Shown here piece after piece: positions 57,395 to 64,000 of a stretch of 64,000 nucleotides of DNA. A program made the translations under genes and the position numbers. Source of the stretch: Schizochytrium sp. TIO01 (lineage: Eukaryota; Protista; Bigyra: Labyrinthulomycetes); the NCBI GenBank assembly GCA_004764695.1, contig SMSO01000014.1, positions 2,971,648-3,035,647 on the forward strand. The letters run 5' to 3'. Numbering within the stretch: the first letter of the stretch is position 1; every line of letters starts with the position of its first letter. Under the pieces are notes generated by a model. That model did not search any database and was not told the DNA's origin. It worked only from the letters and a program-made list of their open reading frames with translations.

Positions 57395-58691
57395 ACCATG
57401 TGACTTTCTTTTTTCTTCATTCTTTCCTTTCTTTCTTTCTTTCTTTCTTCCATTCATTTCATCTCCGCGTTTTTTAAACTTTCCGGGTTTGTCCTTTCTT
57501 CTTCTTACTTTCCTGCCGAATTTGATTCCTGCGGTATTTTGCCGCGTAACTTTCAATCTTGTAACTGACATTCTGTGAAGCGAGGTACTAGCCTCCTCCG
57601 CCAGATTGCATGCCTTTTTATTCTTAGGGTGCGACGCCACCTTCATTTTCTTATGGGGCGGTCTGGCGTGCACGTACGTCTCATAAAATGCCAGTAACTG
57701 ATGCGGTGAGTTGCGTACATCCCTCGTCTGTTGGACTCAGGCAATACGAGGTCTGCTGCAACAATGTCTTTTAAACACTCTCTTCAATTGGCACTTTTGC
57801 TTGTAGGACGTGCATCCGCAATTTCATCTACCTTTTTGTATGATCTCTTTTAGATTAGCTGTTGGAAACCTTATTAGGAATAAATAAATCACGCAATTCC
57901 GCCTGTTTGTCTTGCATCTAAGGACTCCCATATCAGTTGCTTTCGTTATATGTGTTGATTATTACTCAATTGTACAAACTTTTTCTTCTGAAGAATTCTA
58001 ACTATAACTTGGGACCTCATGCCAGAAAACAGAAGCTTTAGCTAATATATGGAAATGGAGAGACAATGCATTCTATTTGTTACTGCAGGTATACTTGTAT
58101 TACTCAGATTTAATGGCTCGAATCAGCTTGCTACATTTATGAATGTGAGTATAAAAAGACATCACACGACCCCGATTCTTGGTAGATTTGTATATCAAAG
58201 AATTAACAATCATTGATCTTTAAGCATCAAGGATACAAGTAGCCAAGTTGTCTAATTTAAGGTCGAAAGAAAACGAGTTTTTGTTATTGTTAAGTATGAC
58301 TAATTATTCTATCCCTAGGAGGACAGTATTTTGGGATATGTTTCAGTTAATTCAGTCAGCCAGTCTCCCTCTATCACAGGCAAATAGCGTAGATCAGTCA
58401 CGCCAGCACTAGCAACATTGAAAGTTCATCCTTGTAACACAAACTTGAATGGAATTCGCATCTGCTAGGTGCAGTTCCAGCTTACCTTTGTTTCAGACAT
58501 CACAATCGAATGTCTTATATAAAGGGCCTTATTTTTTCTGTTCCAGACGAGAACTTTCGATTACAACCACAAGACGCTAAGGCACTTTGCACTGAATCGT
58601 TGACTTGATAAAAACATTAGCGTGATGAGCAGTGACTTGACGAAGAATAAGCAGAGCTGACTCGTTTGACGGCGAACACCATAGCAACCTA

Positions 58692-59612
58692 TTAACTGTA
58701 GGTCACTTTACTCGGGGGCAAATGACCAACATCCCCAACACCCGAGACAGAGACGCTTCCGTTGTGCGCAACGCGAATTACAGTAATACCAGTGTTGTAC
58801 ACAGCGAAGCGGAGCCAAGCAGCAGGATCAAGTTGAAGCGCGCGGCATACAAAGTAGCGGATAACATTACCATGGCACACTAGAATCTCATGCGAGTCCT
58901 GCTCTTGGCGCAATGGGGCGCGGTGGATATGTTTGCGAAAGGCCGCTTCAATTCTAGCACCATCCTCATGGCACTCTGCGTCAGTCGGCTTGTAGGTGCG
59001 GGACGCCGGGACAGGCTGAATGGGGTGACCCTCACGGAGCATTTGCTCCATGTGTGCGGGGGGGTACATGCTCTCAGGTCCACGGACCTCCTCTAGAATG
59101 AGTTCTGCAGTCTCCTTAGCCCGCATCTGATCCGAAAAGTACATGGCATCATACTTGAAATTCTTGGCTTTGGCAATTTCCGCAAGACGCTTGCCGGTGA
59201 GCCGGGCTTGCTCGCGTCCAAGGGGGGTCAGCTTGCATGCGGCGTCCCACTCGAGCCACCAATCCTGGTCCAGACCATCATTATTTTCAATAAATTTCGT
59301 CTGAGATGCCTGCTCATATTGTCCATGACGAATCAAGTAAATTGTACGGCATGGGGCTGCAGGCTTAGCACCTCGCGACATGCGTTTGCGCTCCTCCTCC
59401 CATCGCGCAGTCCTCTTAGCGCTCACGTGTGCCATCTTGTCCCAATCGACGTTCCAATCAGCGTGTCGGTGCTGCGGATCTTGCTCAGGGCTTTCATTGA
59501 ACGCCAAGTTTCCGGTGAGACCACTTGTGATTCCCACAGCTACTAGGCCGAAACTCACGCGGGATTTTCCAGCTTCTGCTGCCTTCGCAAAGAGGCGTTG
59601 AAAGCCGTTCAT
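58692..59612 (-). CDS. PGAM5: Mitochondrial Ser/Thr/His phosphatase PGAM5
   Basis: WDxNWD-like DWNVDWD, LIRHGQY, LTPLGREQA, DGARIEAAFR and LVCHGNVIRYFVCRALQ, plus an N-terminal targeting or hydrophobic segment. Confidence 0.92.
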   Translation of the reverse strand: MNGFQRLFAKAAEAGKSRVSFGLVAVGITSGLTGNLAFNESPEQDPQHRHADWNVDWDKMAHVSAKRTARWEEERKRMSRGAKPAAPCRTIYLIRHGQYEQASQTKFIENNDGLDQDWWLEWDAACKLTPLGREQARLTGKRLAEIAKAKNFKYDAMYFSDQMRAKETAELILEEVRGPESMYPPAHMEQMLREGHPIQPVPASRTYKPTDAECHEDGARIEAAFRKHIHRAPLRQEQDSHEILVCHGNVIRYFVCRALQLDPAAWLRFAVYNTGITVIRVAHNGSVSVSGVGDVGHLPPSKVTYS

Positions 59613-61491
59613 GGTGTCTTAATCCTCCCTCCCTCGAGCAAGTGAGTTTGCGTGCTCCGACAAATCCTCCAAACACTTGTCTCGCCCGTCCTGATAAGTT
59701 TGGCTGTTGCCCTGCTAGCCTTGAAATTTCCCTAAACCAACCGGTTGAAACGCGAGTAGAACTGGGCTTTGTCAGGCGCTACGCCTATTCTACAGAGTCC
59801 AAACCAGCTTATGGTCTACAGCTCTGAAGAGCTTTGCTGTGCAAGGGACGCATATTCGCCGTTATATGGTCACAGATGATGTATGATCTAGCATTACTAG
59901 AAGCACTAAGAGAACCATAGCGGCTCAGCTTATCGTTAGTACTCGAGGTAGTAGAAGTAGTTAGTTCCTCATGTAAGAGCATTAAAGCATAGTGACGCAT
60001 AGGCTGAATGACGGTCAGCGTCAAAGATTAGTTGTCGTCTATAAAGAGAGCGATTACTGCAACCCAAGCTCTATCTTTCATAGATAACATGAAACCATTG
60101 GTGCCGGGGTTTAAATAAGAGCTGAGATGCTAAGTGAACTGAAGGCATATACTTTGGCCTGTCGAAGTTCTTCCGGTCAGCGACGGCGACGATTTAATGA
60201 ATTTGATGCCTATTGAATATAACACCCACCTAGTCATTATGTGGGGAGGTAATTATTGGTTGCGGTGAGACACCGTTGTGTGTCCCATTGGTAATGTGTT
60301 GAATGAATAAAGGACTATAATGAATGGCTGAAGGGGGCTGTGCATGTTCGCTCGCAACTCGAGAAGTAGGTACCAACTGTGCTTTTGATGTGTTCACGAT
60401 TGCACGTAAATGTGTATTGTACCAACTAAAGTTTTTGGAATCGATACGTTGAATATGACACATTTAATGAGCTACTGCGTCAAATTGGAGACTTTAGGGC
60501 ATCGAATGCTCATGGAGCGGTTTGTTAATTTATATTCTTTTGATAAAACGTAGGCTAACTATGCTTTTCGCAGACTCCACGTGTAACACCATTCGTGGAA
60601 ATCTCTTCGTTGAGTGGAGCAGAGAAAAGGAAAATTTGGTGTTTGTTTCAATCGAAACGTTGAACATGTTGCGTCTATTGAGGTGCTGGGTTCAAACTAG
60701 AGACATTATATACTCATGAAGTTATACTCTTTAGTTCTAGTTAGGTACGTAAACTATCTATGACTTTTTTACAAAGTCTCTTGGAGGGGTCCGAGTAATA
60801 TTGGGGCTTTCAGTATCGAGAACCCTCCCGTAGAGAGCAGGGGGTTGAGCCGAGCACGGGGGAAATTGGCACTTACTAATCACTCGCTCAGGATTTGGCA
60901 ACGACCGAGAGGTGTTCGTTCTCATTGCGAACCTCAGGATAGTGTCACAATCTCCGACACATGTTCATGTCCTTCTCCTCGAGGCTGAAGCAATGCCTTT
61001 GCCTTCCCTCAGGTCGCTTGAGCTAACCAAACCCCAGCTCACTTCAAACATAGGCTTGCGCTTGAAGATATTTCTGTTCTGGTTCGAGCTTAGTTAGTTC
61101 AAGGCCGCCATCGCCTCCGCACACCCGTGCCTCGCCTGACAGATGCACTTTCTGCAGTAGTCATCCCGGAAGCGCCACGGTGGCCCCAATCCTCACTCCA
61201 GTCGAGCCTGCCTTCTTCCGCCTGCCTAGCTTCGAAAGCTGTTTGTTTACCAAAACACGAGCAATGGCGAGCACCAGCACTGAGTCCTTCAGATCTTTGC
61301 TAGGCTACTTCTCCGTTCTTCTACCAACTCTGATTTCCAAACCCGACTAGCCCGGAACTGGATCTGACTGCTTGCCCATAGAGCCCTCAGACAGACAGAC
61401 ACTACCTACCTATAGCTAGCTAGCTACCTCTACCTCTAACCACGCCTAGGCAGGTACGTAGGTTGGTAGGTACGTACCAACCACAAATGAA

Positions 61492-61653
61492 TTCAAATCT
61501 CAAAATTCAAATTCGAATCTCACCATTCGGATTTGAATTTCGAAATTTGAATTCCAACCTCGGAATTCGAATTTGAACTCCAATCCGAGTTGCTCGCAGA
61601 TTCCAAGATAGCTCGAGGGCGCCCTTCGCTGCGAGGCCGCTCTGATTGGCGGG
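61492..61653. promoter_or_regulatory. Cluster of eight TTYRAA hexamers (CHR-like) followed by CCAAT boxes and an E2F-like TTGGCGGG
   Basis: TTYRAA at 61492, 61506, 61512, 61532, 61539, 61546, 61566 and 61572. CCAAT at 61580, ATTGG at 61645 and TTGGCGGG at 61646. Confidence 0.4.
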
Positions 61654-61673
61654 GCACGAGGCTCGCCCTACGC

Positions 61674-61695
61674 TGAGAGAGAGAGAGAGAGAGAG
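61674..61695. repeat. (GA)n microsatellite
   Basis: Visible run. Confidence 0.9.
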
Positions 61696-62375
61696 CCACC
61701 GTTGATCACCGGTGTCATCAGGTTTCTCTGTCTGCTTGCTTGCTTGCTTGCTTGCTATCCAACTTGAAGGTGACCACGACGCAGCCAACCTCCAAGTGGA
61801 AACTTATTATTACAAGTTCTGCCATCTTCCATTCCGCCTTTATAAACAAACAAACAAACAAACAGATTTACTTTCTTTTGATGATAATCTCATCATTCTT
61901 ACTCTTCTTACCACGATGATAAAATGTAATAGAATAGATTAATTTATTCTTTTAACCTGAAAGCAAAAATTGAGATCCTTTCTTTTCCATCACGATTGCT
62001 TCAACTTTGTTTTTCAATCTTTCTTTATTTTTTTTACATACAAACATACATACATACATGTAGAATATATAATTAAAAAAACATTTTAAATTAAAACTAT
62101 TCAATCTTAAAAAAGAGGCCTCGAGAGTTGCCAGGAAGATCCAAATATCGCAAGGCCTTCTTTCGTCCGCTTCTTCCGACACCCGCAGCCTAAGAGTGTC
62201 CTACCGCGCCGCTGCGGAAAACCCAGAGGGCGCCTTCTTTCCTCCCTCCCTCCCTTCCTTCCTTACGTGCCTATCTACCGCTGGATGCGAAGAAAGCTAA
62301 GCTAAGATAGGCTTTGCGTTCCCAGGCGGGCACCAAACCGATGCTGAGGAGCCAGGAATTCGAGAGAACTCGCGG

Positions 62376-62422
62376 TTCTTCTTCTTCTTCTTCTGCTTCT
62401 GCTTCTGCTTCTGCTTCTTCTT
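62376..62422. repeat. (CTT)n/(CTTCTG)n compound microsatellite
   Basis: Visible run. Confidence 0.85.
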
Positions 62423-63630
62423 CTCGTGGTCGTGGCGCCGTCGCGATCTTGAAAAAGATACCGCTTCTGGTGAGTTAGTTGGTAGGTAATTGACAATCGT
62501 GGGAAGTGAAAACTGCGCGGACTCACGAGCACACACACGCGGCAGAGGGTCGCGGGCTACCGTAAACTGTACCAGTCGGGACCAGGGTTATCGAGGTGTG
62601 GAGGGAGGGAGGAGGATCGTGATCTTACGATCGATGCCTTCGCCTTCGAAGTTTGCCATTCTTTGCCTTTGCCACTCTTTGCCTCTGCTGCCTCTCGGTC
62701 CCTCAGTCTCTACGTCGCTCGCTCAGCCTGCCATCCGAAACGCACAGACGGACATACATAAACACACGCACACGCACGAAGCGACGCCAGCCCAGAAGAT
62801 CTCGCTCGCCCTCGATAACCCAGGGCCCGATGGAGCCCAATCGATGATGGTGCAAACAGCGGCTGCACTAACTCCCCCCGTGACCCTCCCTGGCGCTCCA
62901 ACACCGCAGGAGATAGGCTGGTTCGCGACCGCCAAACCCGAAAAGGCCAGAACGGGGGCAGTCTCTAATTCCTCGCCCTGCTTGGAGGCATTGTTTCTGC
63001 GTACATATACGTATATATATACATATGTACATATATACGTATATATTATTTACATCTATATATTTTTAAAGGAATTAAGAAGAATAAAAAACTATGAGTT
63101 TCGATTCATTGAAAACTAATTTATTTTAGTGTAATTTGTGTTGAAAAAGATAATTAGATCTTCACTCAATTCGTAAAGTTAAAGGGATAATGAAATGAAG
63201 GATGATAAACTTCCTCTTCCTGTTGCTAATAACACTCTGCTAGCTAGAACGAGAGGGAGAAATAAGAAAGAGGCGCTTTCTTCGTTGCTATGTCCTACCG
63301 AGAGAGGGGCGATCGATCTATCTCTGCTCTTGAGGCGACCGGGATGCCGCCGCAGCTGGAGCCGAGAAGGAGAGGCCTCGCCGCGCGGCAAACAAGCCGC
63401 CGAGGCCTCCGCAGACTGGCCAAGCCCAGGCAGCAGCCGAGCCATCCTTTGCAACCGCTCCTCGGCCTCTTCGGGCCAGGACCGCTGCGATGCGCAGGCT
63501 CTTGTGCTTTCTTTCGTTTATGTAGAAAGTTTCGGCGAGCTGCCGTTTTCATCGAACTGTTAAGGCGGCTTTGCTTTGCTTTGCTTTGCTTTGCTTTGCT
63601 CTGTTTTCATTCATTCATTCATTCATTCTG

Positions 63631-63806
63631 ATTGATTGATGTATTGATGTATTGATTGATGTATTGATTGATGTATTGATTGATGTATTGATTGATGTAT
63701 TGATTGATGTATTGATTGATGTATTGATTGATGTATTGATTGATGTATTGATTGATGTATTGATTGATGTAATGATTGATGTAATGATTGATGTAATGAT
63801 TGATGC
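63631..63806. repeat. 12-bp minisatellite (ATTGATTGATGT, ~14 copies) flanked by (TTCA)n
   Basis: Ten perfect units at 63651-63770, then three AATGATTGATGY variants. Confidence 0.95.
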
Positions 63807-64000
63807 ATTCATTCATTCATTCATTCATTCATTCATGCCCAGAAAGCAAATGACGATTCCAACTGCTGAAGCATGGAAACTTGAGCTTTGCAGAGCGCCC
63901 AAAGCGAAGGCCTCGCGTTTCAAAGAAGGCGCGTGTCTGTGCGACGCAAGCGGCTCCAGAGGGCCTCGGCTGCCTTCGAATAGGATGAACGTCTGCGACG

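Noticed and set aside
60900-61170. Minus-strand stop-riddled segment with RQRHCFSLEEKD, faintly like a transposase HTH
   Set aside because: Too short and degenerate, with no terminal repeats or catalytic domain.
63615-63816. ORFs with INTS/INQY/HQSI repeats, and a possible telomere
   Set aside because: These are translations of the 12-mer array. The array is internal and lacks a G-rich telomeric unit.

Overview
Eukaryotic, intron-poor, microsatellite-rich genomic DNA. It is most consistent with a stramenopile protist such as a thraustochytrid, inferred from gene style and not proven. Genes from left to right: a PX-domain protein cut by the left edge, a METTL21-like methyltransferase, a myosin whose tail (SAH, SHOCT-like, PX-like) is split by small indels, a secreted or anchored trypsin, a spliced LRR protein, a cytosolic Ile-tRNA synthetase with one indel, an intron-containing bacterial-type CMP-Kdo synthetase (KdsB), a ~22 kb chromosome-maintenance cluster, an amphipathic-helix repeat protein and PGAM5. 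The cluster is the main observation. It holds three intact tandem SMC6 paralogues with MUS81 nested among them, an inverted decayed fourth SMC6 fragment, and a RAD21/REC8-family kleisin head-to-head with the array. The SMC6 copies are near-identical over long stretches but mosaic, and they are hypervariable in the head-proximal coiled coil and next to the hinge. One copy has a degenerate ABC signature (LSEGE). This pattern suggests a diversifying Smc5/6 array, possibly driven by genetic conflict; that reading is inference. No tRNA, rRNA, CRISPR array or intact mobile element could be supported.
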